A DNA stretch of 64,000 nucleotides. Origin: Chiloscyllium plagiosum. Lineage: Eukaryota. Both the position numbers and the translations under genes were made by a program. The notes under the pieces were generated by a model. That model saw only the letters and a program-made list of their open reading frames with translations. It was not told where the DNA came from and made no database searches. Location: contig NC_057745.1 in assembly GCF_004010195.1 (NCBI RefSeq), positions 1,384,640 to 1,448,639 on the forward strand, written 5' to 3'. Shown here in pieces: positions 36,800 through 50,319 of the stretch (its first letter is position 1; the number at the start of each line of letters is the position of its first letter).

Positions 36800-39700
36800 A
36801 TATTGAGTCCTGGAGACTGTAAATCCCAAAGGAAATGTTATAAAAATATATTTGAAGAGAAAGACGGTAATTAGGGAAAGGATAGAGCCCCTTAGGGATC
36901 TAAGAGGTAGTCTGTGTGGAACAAGAAAAAGTTGGTACAGTCCACTGATGAATACTTGGCGTAGTTTTTCACAATGGAAATGGTGATGCAGGTGTTGACA
37001 TCAGGGTGGAGGAGTGTGAAATATTAGAAGAAATTAACATAGAGAGGATGAGGTCCTAGTGAGTTAGCAGTCTTAAACAGTGGATAAGTCTTAAGATGTA
37101 TCCCAGGAGAGAGGAAAGGACGGATATATCTAAGGCTCTGGCAGTAATTTTCAAATAATCTTTGGCCACAGGTGAAGTGTCGGGGGCTGCTAACATTTCC
37201 CTATTCAAAAACGATTTAAGGAAGGGACCAGGAAATTACAGGCCAGTCAGTTTGCTAGTTAGAAAGAAATAATTCTGAAGGATAGGCATTATATGCACTT
37301 GGAGAGATACTGACTAATCAGGGGTAGAACATAGAAGAGTACAGGCCCTTTGGCCCTCAATGTTGTGCCAACCTTTTATCCTACTCTAAGATCAAACTAA
37401 CCTACGTGCCCTTCATTTTACTATCATCCATGTGCCTATCCAAGTCCCTTAAATGTCCCTAATGTATATGACTCTACTACCACTGCTGGCAGTGCATGCG
37501 ATGCGCCCACCACTCTCTGTGTAAAGAACCTATCTCTGACATCTCCCCTAAACCTTCCTCCAAACACCTTACAATTATGCCTCCTTGTGATAGCCATTTC
37601 TGCCCTGTGAAAAGTCTCTGGCTATCCACTCCCATCTATACCTCTCATCACCTTGTACACCTCTATAAAGTCACCTGTCACCCTTCTTCATTCTAATGAA
37701 AAAATCCCTAGCTCCCTCAACATTTCTTTATAAGACATGCCCTCCAGTCCAGGCAGAATCTTGGTAAATCTCCTCTGCACCCTCTCTAAAGCTTCCAATT
37801 TTTTCCTATAATGAGGCAGCTAGAACGAACACAATATTTCAAGTTTGGGCTAACCAGGACTTTATGGAGCTGCACCACCACCTTGCGGCTCTTAATCTCA
37901 AACCTCCTGCTAATGAAAGCCAAAACACCATCTGCCTTCTTGACAACCCTATCAACTTGGGTGGCAACTTTGAGGAATCTATGGACATGGACCCCAGGAT
38001 CCCTCTGCTACTCTACACTGCCAAGAATTCTGCCTTTAACCCTGTAAACTGCATTCAAATTTGACCTTCAAAAATGAATCACTTCACACTTTTCCAGGTT
38101 GAACTCCATGTGCCACTTCTCAGCTCACCTCTGCATCCTGTCAATGTCCTGTTGCACCTACTATAGCCCTCCACACTATCCACGACTCCACCAAACCAAG
38201 TCATCAGAAAACTTACTAACCTACCCTACCACTTCCTTGTACAAGTCATTTATAAAACTCACAAAGAGCAGAGGATCCAGAATCGATCCCTGCGGATCAC
38301 CACTAGTCACTGAGCTCCAGGCTGAATACTTCCTATCTACTACACCCTCTGTCTTCTCTGAGCCAACCAATTCTATATCCAGACAGCCAAATTTCCCTGT
38401 ATCCCATACTTCCTTACTTTCTGAATGAGCCTACCATGGGGAACCTTATCAAATGCCTTGCAAAAGTCCATCTGTACCACATACACTGCTCAACCTTCAT
38501 TAATGTGTTTTGTCACATTCTCAAAGAATTCAGTAAGTTGTGAGGCATGACCTGCCCCTCACAAAGCCATGCTGACTATCTCTAATCAAGCTATGCTTAT
38601 CCAAATAGTCATAAATCCAATCTCTCAGAATCCTCTCCAATAATTTGCCCACCACCGACGTAAGACTGACTGGTCTATAAATCCCAGGGTTATCCCTATT
38701 CCAACTGAATAACATTTACCACCCTCCAATCATCTGGTACTACTCCAGTGGACAGTGAGGATGCAAAGATCATCACCAAAGGTACAGCAATCTCTTCCGT
38801 CACTTCCCATTGTAACTTTAGGTATGTCCCATCTGGCCCAGGGCCCTTATTTATCCTCATGTTTTTCAAAATTTCCGGTACATCCTCCTTCATAACATCA
38901 ACCTATTTCACGCTGTCCACACAAATGACATGGTCCCTCTCACTAGTGAACACTTTAGCAAAGTTTTTATCCAAGGACCTCCCCTACCTCCTCTGACTCC
39001 AGGCACAAGTTCCCTCCGCTATCCCTGATTGGCCCAACCAACACTCTGGGCCATCCTCTTGTTCCACACACAAATTTAGAAACTTTGGGAATTTTCTTAA
39101 TTGTACCCGCCAAGGCTTTTTCATGCCCCCTTCTAGTTCTCCGAAGTCCATTCTTCAGGTCCTTCCTGGTTCCCTTGTAACCTTCTAAAGCCCTGACTGA
39201 TCGTTGCTTCCCCAACCTTAAGTAAGCTTCCTTCTTCTACTTGACTAGATGTTCCACATCTCTTGTCATCCAAGGTTCCTTCATCCGACCATCCTTTCCT
39301 TGCCTCAGTGGGACAAATCCATCCAGCACTCGCAAGTGCTCCCTAAACAACCTCCATATTTCTGTCATGTATTTCTCTTGAGAATATCTGCTCCCAATTT
39401 ATGCTCCACAGTTCCTGCCAGTAGCATTATAATTCCCCCTCCCCCAATTAAATACTTTCCTGTACCGTCTGCTCCTATCCTTTTCCATGACAATAGTAAA
39501 GGTCAGGGAGTTGTAATCATTATCACCGAAATGCTCTCCCAACGAGAGATCTGACACCTGACCTGGTTCGTTGCCAAGCACCAAATCCAATATGCCCTCC
39601 CCTCAATTTGGCCTATTTGCGTAGGCAAACAGATCAAGTCAGAGTGAATTTGTTAATGGAGACTTATGTTTGACAAATTTGATCAAATTTTTTGATAAAG

Positions 39701-40640
39701 TAACCAGGTAGGCTAATGCATTTGATGTCGTCCACAATGGCTTTTGATAAGGTCACTCATGGCAGATTGGTCAAAAAAAAGGAGTTAATGGGATCCAGGA
39801 TAAGGTGACACATTGGATCCAAAATTGGCTGCGAGTCAGGAAACAGCGAATGATGGTCGGGAGGTATTCTCTATACAGTGGAGCTCTGCAGGGTTCAGTC
39901 GGTGGCCCTTGCTGTTTATAGTATATGTTAATGTTTTGAGCTTAAGTATTGGGGGAATGATGAAGAACTTTGCAGATGTCATGAAAACTGATAGAAAGGT
40001 AAATAATGAGGAGTATAGTTGTAAACTGCAGGAGGATATTAAAGGACTGGTTAGGCAGGCACAGCCGTGAATTCACTCTCGAAGAATATGCGGTGATGAA
40101 CTTGGAGAGGACTAATGAAGTACAGGGGCTAAGCATAGAATACAAAAGCAAAGCAGTGATGTTGGATATGTATAAAATGGTGTTGAGGCCTCAACTGGAA
40201 TACTTGTGCAATTCTGGCAATCACAAAGGAAGAATGTGATTGCATTAGAAAGAGTACAGAAAAGATTTACCAGGATGTGAGCTATGGGGCAAGACTGGAT
40301 AGGCTGGGATTGCTTTCCTTGGAGCAGTGAAGGTTGAGAGAGGCAAAATCAGAAATTGCTGGAAAAATTCAGTAGCTCTGGCAGCATCTGTGCAGAGAAA
40401 ACAGAGTAAATGTTTTGGTCCAGTGATCCTTCTTTAGAATTGTCTGTTTCTGATTTCCAGGATCCGCAGTTCTTTGGTTTTCCATTGTTTAAGGTTGAGA
40501 TGGGGCTCATTGTGGTTTATGACATTATGAGAGGCATAGATAAAAATGGACAGGACAGCACTTTTATCCATTAGTAAAGGGGTCAGTAACTGGATGATAA
40601 AATTAAGTTGTGGTAGAAGGAGAAGAGGAGAATTGAGGAA
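36800..40640 (+). mobile_element. Old CR1 LINE (+; ~36800-37325 and ~39620-40640) split by a younger antisense CR1
   Basis: RT remnants on both sides (GNYRPVS-like before; FDKVTHGRL, WIQNWL, RPQLEY after). Confidence 0.6.
37327..39615 (-). mobile_element. CR1 LINE, 5'-truncated
   Basis: Minus-strand ORFs LDLVLGNEPGQV...LGEHFGDND, KGPGPDG, YRPVSLTSVVGKLLE, SQHGFVRGRSCLT; tail near 37327. Confidence 0.88.
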
Positions 40641-40674
40641 GATGGTAAAAGTCAAAAGCTAGAAAATGGGATTA

Positions 40675-40975
40675 GAATTATAGAATCCCTACAGTGTGGA
40701 AACAGGCCATTAGACCAAACAAGTCCCCACAGACCCTCCGAAGAGTAACCCACCCAGACCCAATACCCTAGGCTATAACTTTATATTTACCCCTGACTAA
40801 TGCACCTAATGTACATATCCCTGAACACTATGGGCAACTTAACATGGTCAATTCACCTAACTTGCATATCTTTGGATTGTGGGAGGAAACCGGAGCACAC
40901 AGACAGTTGCATAAGGCTGGAATCGAACCCGGGTCCCTGGCAGCAGTGCTAACCACTGGGCCACCATGCCGCCCA
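40675..40975 (-). mobile_element. HE1-type SINE with internal deletion
   Basis: Reverse complement of the HE1 head (GGGCGGCATGGTGG) and tail. Confidence 0.8.
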
Positions 40976-41833
40976 TTAGTGCAGTCAGACTTTTGCTGAC
41001 TGGTGTAAACATAATGGCTGAATGGGCCCTATGCTGTAAATGTCTGAGTCTTCTGTAGTGTGCAGCTTAGTGCTGCAGCAGGCAATGTCTTTGTGTCTCA
41101 GGCATGAGACTGTCTTTTGCAACCCCGTGTTATTTCAAAACTGTAATTAGATCATAAGAAGTGGGAACAAAAGAAGATTATTTTGTCCCTTGAGTCTGTT
41201 CTTAAATAAAATCAACTGATCTGATTGTGGCCTCAATTCAGTTTTCTTGTCTGTCTCCTGTACTCCCTTGTTGAATCATAATCTCTTCAATTCTGCTTTG
41301 AACGTATGCAATGACTCACCTTCATTGCTGCCTGGGCAAGAGAACTGGGAAGGTAATTAAAGCCTCTGAGAAATGCATTTCCTTCTTAAATGGGAAACCT
41401 GTTTTGAAAGTGTCTCCCCTTCGTCTTGTTTCTCGTTGTACAGCCTGTAAAGCCCCCTTTCCCATTTTAATAAGGTCCTTTTGTTGTACTCAACTCCAAT
41501 GAGTAAAAGGCCTATCTCCTCAACTCTTCCATATAAGACAACCCCTCCATCTCAAGAAAGAGCCTTGGGAAACTTCTCTAACTGATTCCAGTGCAAGTCT
41601 TTACTCTCATTTGCAATGACCCAAATTGCATGCAGTATGCAAATGTGGTGTCATCAATGTCAGGAAGAGTTTTGTAACAAGACATCCCTACTTTTCTGAT
41701 CCACATCCCTTGCAATTAACGGCCAATATTCCATTTACCTTCCTAATTACTTGCTGTACTTGGATTCTGACTTTTTATGTTTCATTTATTTTAACACCCA
41801 GATCCTCCTCAACAAAAAAAATGAAATAACTGT

Positions 41834-43548
41834 ACACTTGCTTGCTGAATTGGCAGATTTGTTCTCAGACATTTCGTCACCATGTTAGATAACATCATCA
41901 GTGAGCCTCCGGTGAAGCGCTGGTGTTCTGTCCCGCTTTCTATCTGTCTGTCTTGGCCTGTTGTGGTGGGTGAAATCACTGGTTCTTTTTCTGAGAGGTT
42001 GGTACATGGGGTCCAAATCGATATGTTTGTTACTGGAGTTCCAATTTAATGCCAGGCCTCTAGGAATTCCCGTGCGTGTCTTTGTTTAGCCTGTTCCAGG
42101 ATGGATATATTGTCCCAGTTGAACTGGTGTCCCTCTTCGTCTGTGTGTATGAATCCTAGTGATAATTGGTCATGTTTTTGGTAGCTAGTTGGTGCTCATG
42201 TATCCTGGTAGCTGGTTTCCTGCCCCTCTCTCCAATGTAATGTTTGTTGCAGTCCTTGCAGGGTATTTTGTATATTGTTGGGACAGTGTCCTTTAAATTC
42301 AGCAGTAGCTGTTTCAGTGTGGTGGTATGTTTGTGGGGTACCATGAAGCCTGGTCGTCATCTCCGAGATATCTTTCATGTATGGCAGGGTGGCTAGAGTC
42401 TCTGGGCGTGTTGTGTTGTCTTGTTTAGGTTTGTTATGTAGAAATCGGCAGACTGGTCAGTGTGTGTGGCTTTCCTGTGAACTGGGTCCGCTATGTGGAT
42501 GAAACCTTTGTCATCACAAAATGCAACAAATTAGAAGAAATCCACAAATATATAAACACCATCCTTAACAGTATAATGCTCACCAAAGAGGAAGAGAACA
42601 ACAACAGACTCCCCTTCCTAGACGTTATGGTAGAATACAAAGCCAATGGAGAGCTACAGACCGGCATTTACAGGAAAGCCACACACACTGACCAGATATT
42701 CAATTACAGGAGCAATCGTCCCACAAACTGAACTGCATCAGGACATTATTGAACTGAGCCACAACACACAGCAGCACCCAGGAATTACGAGAAGCTGAGG
42801 AAAAAGATGTATACAACGTATTCAGGAACAACGGGTACCTGATAAGCGTAGTCCACCGATTCCTACATGACAGACCTAAACAAGAAGGCACAACATGCCC
42901 AGAGACTGTAGCCACCCTGCCATATATTAAAGACATCTCGAAGATGATGACCAGACTACTCCTAGGCATCATTGTAGCCCACAAATTTACCACCACACTA
43001 AAACAGCCCCTGATTAATTTAAAGGATCCCACACCAACAACCAGCAGAATGAATGCAATATACAAAATACCCTGTAAGGACTGCAACAAACAATACATTG
43101 GACAGACGGACAGGAAACTAGCCACCAGGATACATGAGCACCAACTAGCCATCAAAAGACATGACCAGTTATCACTGGTATCCGTTTACACAGATGAAGA
43201 GGGATACCAGTTCAACTGTGACAATACATCCATCCCGGGACAGGCTAAACAAAGACACCCATGGGAATTCCTAGAGGCCTGGCATTCAAACTGGAACCCC
43301 ATTAACAAACATTTTGATTTGAACCCCATTAACCAACTTCTCAAAATGAATCGGAAGTGATTTCACCTACCACAACAGGCCAAGACACATAAATAACCAA
43401 GCAGGACAGAACACCAGCGCTTCATCAGAGGCTTGCTGATGATGTTACCTAGCATGGTGATGAAACGTCTGAGAACAAATCTACCAGCTCAGCGAGCAAA
43501 CTTCCAACCTGAACCACAACCTGAGCTATAAACTTTCTCAAAAATCGT
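41834..43548 (+). mobile_element. Penelope-like element (RT C-terminus + GIY-YIG) with ~620-bp inverted 5' arm, 13-bp TSD
   Basis: WVRYVDETFVI, LPFLDVMV, IYRKATHTD, AIYKIPCKDCNKQYIGQTDRKLATRIHEH; ~41838-42455 is antisense to ~42850-43500; TSD ATGAAATAACTGT at 41821-41833 and 43549-43561. Confidence 0.9.
43432..43473 (+). ncRNA. Minimal hammerhead ribozyme motif (mirror copy on - strand at ~41864-41905)
   Basis: CTGATGA-tgttacc-tagcat-ggtgat-GAAA-cGTC-tgag; the mirror copy keeps stem I ctca/tgag. Confidence 0.6.
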
Positions 43549-44313
43549 ATGAAATAACTGTGTTTGGATGCAACATGAATAGGAAGGGTTTGGATGGATA
43601 AGGGCCAAAAACAGGTAAGTGGGATTAGTTTTGTTCAGAAAACTTGGTTGGCATAGATGAGTTGGACCAAAGGGTCTGTTTCCATGCTTTATGACTCTAT
43701 AACTGTGGATGCTGGAAATCAGAAACAGAAATTGCTGGAAAAACTTAGCATGTCTGACAGCATCTGTGGAGAAAAAGTAGAATGAACATTTTGGATCCAG
43801 TGATGTTTCAGAATAGTCTGAAAATGGGTCACTGGACCTGAAACATTAATTCTGCTTTCTCTCCAGAGATGCTGCTGGACCTACTGAGACTTCCCAGTAT
43901 TTCTTCTTCTTGTGACCCAGATCCTCCTGGACTACACCATTCTGCAGTGTCTCTTTTTAAACAATATTCTGCTGTTCTGTTCTTCCTGCTGATTAAAACA
44001 ATTGCTAAGAGAGGAGTGGAGGTACTTGGGCAGTAGTGAAAGGCTCCTTTCTTCAATTTGAGTTAAACCTGATAGTGTAAACTATTTGTATATTATTTAA
44101 GAATACTGGAGTGTGAGATTGAAGCTATAACTGTAATGATCAGCAACTGTTTGAGTTTCACTCTTCTAGCTTGTGACATTAATCAAAGCAGTTGGTCAAA
44201 TTCCAGTTTTGAAGCTCCATCCCATATTCTATGGGCCATTATGTGAATTGGTTGAATTATTGAAGATGATGTGGCATGATTGGATTAAACAGAAAAATAA
44301 ATGAAAAGGATCT

Positions 44314-44623
44314 GCACGGTGGCACAGTGGTTAGCACTGCTGCCTCACAGCGCCAGAGACCTGGGTTCAATTCCCGCCTCAGGCGACTGACTGTGTGGAG
44401 TTTGCACATTCTCCCCGTGTCTGCGTGGGTTTCCTCCGGGTGCTCCGGTTTCCTCCCACAGTCCAAAGATGTGCAGGTCAGGTGAATTGGCCATGCTAAA
44501 TTGCCCGTAGTGTTAGGTAAGGGGTAAATGTAGGGGTATGGGTGGGTTACGCTTCGGCGGGTCGGTGTGGACTTGTTGGGCCGAAGGGCCTGTTTCCACA
44601 CTGTAATGTAATCTAATCTAATC
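44314..44623 (+). mobile_element. HE1-type SINE, young-looking
   Basis: Intact A/B boxes, CpGs retained, (TAATC)n tail. Confidence 0.92.
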
Positions 44624-45077
44624 ATGATCTGTGAGGTTGTAAACAGAATGGGTATTCTAGAATTCTACTGTGCTTGAATAAGGATCCAGGTATTGAATGA
44701 CAGACTGCTCAATTTTGATTTGCACTCATTCAACACTTGATCACAATTCAGAGCAGTTGACATTGCGAAGTTACTGTTACAATGAGTAAACACAACAGCA
44801 ACTTTAATCACAGTCAGAGTCCTCCATCAGCATTGAGCTGAAAGAAGAGTTTGATTGATTGATGTTTGCTGATCATGCTGGAGTGGAGGAATGTTGGCAA
44901 GAAATGCAGTTCTGTTTCTCAGGGTTATCTATGTAGTATGCAGTAGCCCTGAGGGAGACCGTCCAGCCTATCCTATCTGTGCCACCTTTTTAAAAGAGCT
45001 ATCCAATTAATCCCATCCCCTACTGTTTGCCATAGCCCTTCAGATTTCCACCTTCAAGAATTTATTCAATCTGTTCA

Positions 45078-47532
45078 GTCATAGAGTCATACAGCATAGA
45101 AACAGACCCTTCGGTCCATCTGGTCCATGCAGACCAAGTTTCCTAAACTGAACGAGTCCCATCTGGGCGTGCTCGGGCACTTATCCCTCAAAACCCTTTC
45201 TATTCATTTATCTGTCTGAATGTCTTTTAAATGTTGTAAATTGTACCAACCTCCTCCACTTTCTCTGGCAGTTCATCCCAAATATGCACCACCTTCACTG
45301 TGAAAGAGTTGCACCTCAAGTCCCTTTTAAATCTTTTCCCCTCTCACCTTAAACCTATCCCTTCTGGCTTTGGAATCCCCTATCCTGAGGAAAAGACCTT
45401 GGCTATTCACCTTATTTGTGCTTCACATTATTTTATAAACCTCTATAAGGTCCTCCCTGAGCTTCCAATGCTCCAGTGAAGGAAGCTCTAGCCTCTCCTT
45501 ATAACTCAACCCCTTCAGTCTTGGTAACATCCTTGTAAGTCATTTTTGCATCCTTTCTAGTTAAATAACACCCTACAGAAGGACAACCAGAATTCTACGC
45601 ACTGTTCCAAAAATGACCTCACCAATGTCTTGTACCACCACAACAAGACATTCTAATTTCTGTACTCAGTGCTCTGATCAATGAAAGCAAGCATGCCAAA
45701 CACCATCTTTATCACCCTGTATAACTGTGATGCCACTTTCAAGGAACTATGTACCTTTATCCCTAAGTCTCTCTGTTTGATAACACTCCACTGGGCCCTA
45801 CCATTAATTGTGTAAGTCCTGCCCTGGTTTGTCCTTCCAAAATGCTTTACCTCTCATTTATCTAAACTAAACTCCATCTGCCACTCCTCGGCCCTTTGGC
45901 CTATCTGGTCAAGATCTTGTTGTACTCTTACTTAACCTTCGCTGTCCACTATATCACCAATTTTGGTGTCATCTGCAAAGTTACTAAACATGCCTCCTAT
46001 ATTCTCATCCAAATCATTGATGTAAATGACAAACAACAGTGGACCTTGCACTGATCCTAGTGGCAAACCACTGGCCACAAGCCTCCAGTCCAAACAACAA
46101 CCCTTTATCACCACCCTCTGTCTCCTATCAACAAGCCAATTTTGTGTCCAATTTGTTAGCTCTCCCTGGATCCCAAGTGCTTGAACCTTATTAACCAGTG
46201 AAACCTTGTCAAAGGCCTTGCTAAAGTCCATGTAGACAACCTCTACTGCTCTGCTTTCATCTGTGGTCGCCTCTTCAAAAGGCTCAATGAAGTTTGTGAG
46301 ACATGATTTCCCGTGCATAAAACCATGCTGACTGTCTCCAATCAATCTTTGCCTTTCCAATTGTATGTAAATTCTGTCTGTCAGAATCCCCTCCAACAAC
46401 TTACCCACCACTGACATCAGGCTCACTGGTCTATAGTTCCTGGCTTTTCCTTACCACGTTTCTTAAATATACCACAACATTAGCCATTCTTCAGTCTGTG
46501 GCACCTCACCTGTGGCTTTTGATGCTACAAATATGGCATCAAGGGACCCAACAATCTCTTCCCTACCTTCCCACAATGTTCTGGGATACACCTGATCAGG
46601 TCCTGGGGATTTATCTATCTCTTTCTGTTTTAAGACCTCCCACACCTTCTCTTCTGTATTATGGACACTTTCAAGACATTATATTTATTGACTCAAGTTT
46701 CTTCATTTTAGTGTCTTTCTCCACATTGAATATTGATGCAAGATATTTGTTTAGTATCTCACCCATCTCCTGTGATCTCACATGTTATCACTCTTTGACC
46801 TTTAAGGGACCTATTTTCTCCCTAGTTGTTCTTTTGCCCTTAATGTAGTTATGGAATCATGTTGGATTCTCCTTAACCTTATCTGCCAAAGCTATTTTGA
46901 GTGTCCTTTTTGCTCTCCTGTTTTCTCTCTCAAGCGTACTCCTATTCCCCAATACTCTTGAAGAGATTCACTTGATCCAAGCGGTCTATACCTGACACAG
47001 GCCTCCTTTCTCTTGACCAGAGCCTTAATATTTCTAGTCATTTAGTGTTCCCTTCTTCTACCAGCCTTGTCCTTCACTCTACCAGGAACATACCATCACT
47101 GAACTCTCATTATCTCACTTTTAAAAGCCTCCCACTTGCTAGTCATCCCCTTACCTGCGAATACCCTCCCAATCAACTTCTGAAAGTTTCTGTCTAATGC
47201 TGTCAAAATTGGCCTTGCTCCAGTTTAGACCTTTAACTTTTAGACAAAGCCTATCTTTTACCATGACTATTTTAAAGCTCATAAAATTATGGTCATTGGT
47301 CCTAAAATGCTCTCTCACTAACACCCCAGTCACTTGTCCCGCCTCATTTCCCAAGAGGAGTTTTGCTCTTTGTATGTTAGGAAAGAAAATCTTGAACATG
47401 CTTAAGAAATTGCTCCCCATCCAAGCCCTTAACACGATGGCAGTCCCAGTTTATGTTTGGAAAGTTAAAATCCCCTACCATTGCCACCCTATTGTTCTTA
47501 CGGATATTTCCCTGGATATTTTCTGCTTACTT
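45078..47532 (-). mobile_element. HER1/CR1 LINE running into the gap
   Basis: Minus-strand ORFs KSPGPDQVYPR, SLMSVVGKLLEG...SQHGFMHGKSCLTN...MDFSKAFDKV...GSVQGPLLF...FADDTK. Confidence 0.9.
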
Positions 47533-48032
47533 NNNNNNNNNNNNNNNNNNNNNNNNNNNNNNNNNNNNNNNNNNNNNNNNNNNNNNNNNNNNNNNNNNNN
47601 NNNNNNNNNNNNNNNNNNNNNNNNNNNNNNNNNNNNNNNNNNNNNNNNNNNNNNNNNNNNNNNNNNNNNNNNNNNNNNNNNNNNNNNNNNNNNNNNNNNN
47701 NNNNNNNNNNNNNNNNNNNNNNNNNNNNNNNNNNNNNNNNNNNNNNNNNNNNNNNNNNNNNNNNNNNNNNNNNNNNNNNNNNNNNNNNNNNNNNNNNNNN
47801 NNNNNNNNNNNNNNNNNNNNNNNNNNNNNNNNNNNNNNNNNNNNNNNNNNNNNNNNNNNNNNNNNNNNNNNNNNNNNNNNNNNNNNNNNNNNNNNNNNNN
47901 NNNNNNNNNNNNNNNNNNNNNNNNNNNNNNNNNNNNNNNNNNNNNNNNNNNNNNNNNNNNNNNNNNNNNNNNNNNNNNNNNNNNNNNNNNNNNNNNNNNN
48001 NNNNNNNNNNNNNNNNNNNNNNNNNNNNNNNN
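47533..48032. other. Assembly gap (500 N) hiding the 5' end of STRC exon 4
   Basis: Run of N; the reading frame is already open at 48033. Confidence 0.95.
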
Positions 48033-50319
48033 CAAGTCAGGCCCACTGGTCAATAAAATTTGCACTAAAGTGAATTTTATGTATACGTATCTCACCAAGG
48101 GATTAAACTTCTATGCTGATTACTGTGAGAAAAGAAGTCTCAATGTGGGGCCTTTTTCTTCTACAAGTGACACCAGACAAATTGAAGATCTGACTTGTAA
48201 TTATGATTCTTGGGTTGCTGGAGATTTGTTCAACTCTACAGATTTTGGTTATTGTGCTGTTGTAGATGAAGTTGGATTCAGAAAAACTGTCTGCCCTAAT
48301 ACGTCACTGTTGGAAAGCATCATGAAAAACCCAGCTCACTTTTGGCTGAAAGACTTCTGTGATAGCAGTTCAAATACTATGCTTGTCCCTATGCTTATGA
48401 CTGAGGTGGTCAGTGACAGTGCCTATATTGGCTTCACTAGCAGTCCAGCCACCATTGTCCCTCCTGTAAAAGAAGTGGACATCCACTGTCGTTATGATGA
48501 GTGGACAGACTTCTCCATGGTAGATGATAAAGTGATCACATTTTGTGCCAGTCATGATGGTGACCAATTCACCAATGTGGTTTGCAGTGATCTATCAGCA
48601 CTTCAGGAGCTCATAAAGAACAATTTCTGGCTGGCTGACTTTTGCAATAATTACTCCATTTTGAGTGGTAACAGTGAATTCTGCATGTATGACAAGTGGG
48701 AAGAGAAACCTATAGATCCATCAATAATTTCGTTATGTTGGAGGAGTGACCAAACAAACTTTAATAAATCAGTTTGCAATGATGCAATTCTCCTAAATAA
48801 ACTGGTGCAGGATCCTGGCAATACTTGGCTCATGTCTGCCTGCAGTGCTGAGAACAGTTGTGACTATGAAGCATGGCTGAATGATCTTTCCGTGGCCTCT
48901 GCTGTTGTGGCACTCTGCAAGGAGACAGATCAAGCTGCTTTTAATCACATGGTTTGCACCAGTCCATCACTGTTGGAAATTCTGCTGAATAATTCTGAAA
49001 ACTCCTGGCTGAACAACTACTGTGCCAGCAATACACATTCCACAGTGGTCTCCAGTGTAATTCCAGAGGAAGGCAGTGATACGGTGCTGCCCCATGCCAC
49101 TGCCTACCCAACCACACAAGATCTTACGAATGCTGTGGAAAATCTTTGCCGCTATGAAAATTGGATGTACTCAGCTGTAGTAGATAGCACTGTGGTAGCA
49201 GTGTGTTTCAATACCGATAGGGAGCAGTTCAACATCTATGTGTGCAAAAACCCAGTAATTCTTCAGGAGTTATTGAAGAATGAGTTCAATCTTTGGCTGA
49301 CTGACTTTTGTAATGATTCGTCCATTTTGGCAAGTAGTGATACAGATGTGGCCACCTACTGTCACTACAGTCAGTGGACACATGAAAACGTTGATCCTTA
49401 CCTGGTAGATTTTTGTTGGAGGAATGACAAAGCAAATTTCACTCGATTTGTTTGTCACAGTAAGGCATTGCTAAGTGAGTTGTTGTTGTATCCTGAAAAT
49501 GCCTGGTTAAAATCCCACTGCAACATCCAAATCAATCCACATACAAGTGATGAGAATGAATCCTGCAGATATGAAGAGTGGATAGATGTCTCTTCTATAG
49601 ATCTTGCTGCTGTTGAATTCTGTAGTCAATATGACCTCGACAATTTTGTACAAGCTGCTTGTCACAATTCAACACGATTGTGGGGTTTGCTCATCAATAT
49701 GAGCAGCACCTGGCTCCCTAGCTACTGCTCATATGTTGAAGCAGATGGAATAAATCCTGCTGCCATGTGTATTTATTCTTTCTGGACGGAACAACAGGTG
49801 GACCCAACTACTGTGGCACTCTGCTTTGACTATGATCAGAGTAATTTCAATAAATATGTATGCCAAGATCCCAATGTGCTTCACGCATTGACCAGTGATC
49901 CAGAGAACACTTGGGTTGAGGCGGACTGCATGGAAATCAATAACTCTACCAATTCTATGGAGATCAAGATCTGCCCAATGGAAGATCTCATCTCACAACT
50001 CCAATGGACATGCACTCTGAATGCATCACAGCTATGCACATATGAACAGTTCCGATTGGGAGATATTCCGCCTCTGATTATGTGTGGTTTGGAAAACATT
50101 GGTCTGATGCTACATAACACACTTAGTGAGGACCTGACAGTAAGTCTTATGAATGCAATAAATAAGATCATCATGGTCTTAATGGCTCTGGAAGATGATC
50201 GAATTATATTCCTTCAAGTTGTTCAGAATGCTAAAAGAAGTGTCCTGCATACTGTTCTAAACTACCTGCAGAATGAGAACAACTACAGAATCAAGAAAGA
50301 ATTGCTCCACTGTTTTGGG
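48033..50319 (+). CDS. STRC: Stereocilin-family gene exon 4 (5' end in gap), at least 8 tandem four-Cys repeats
   Basis: About 2.29 kb stop-free; ends AKRSVLHTVLNYLQ...KKELLHCFG|gtaagg versus human RRSVLRTIGEYLEQ...KMELLACFS; phase 0. Confidence 0.9.

Noticed and set aside
44314-44390. tRNA genes at SINE heads
   Set aside because: A/B boxes are followed by SINE body and tail; no proper cloverleaf.
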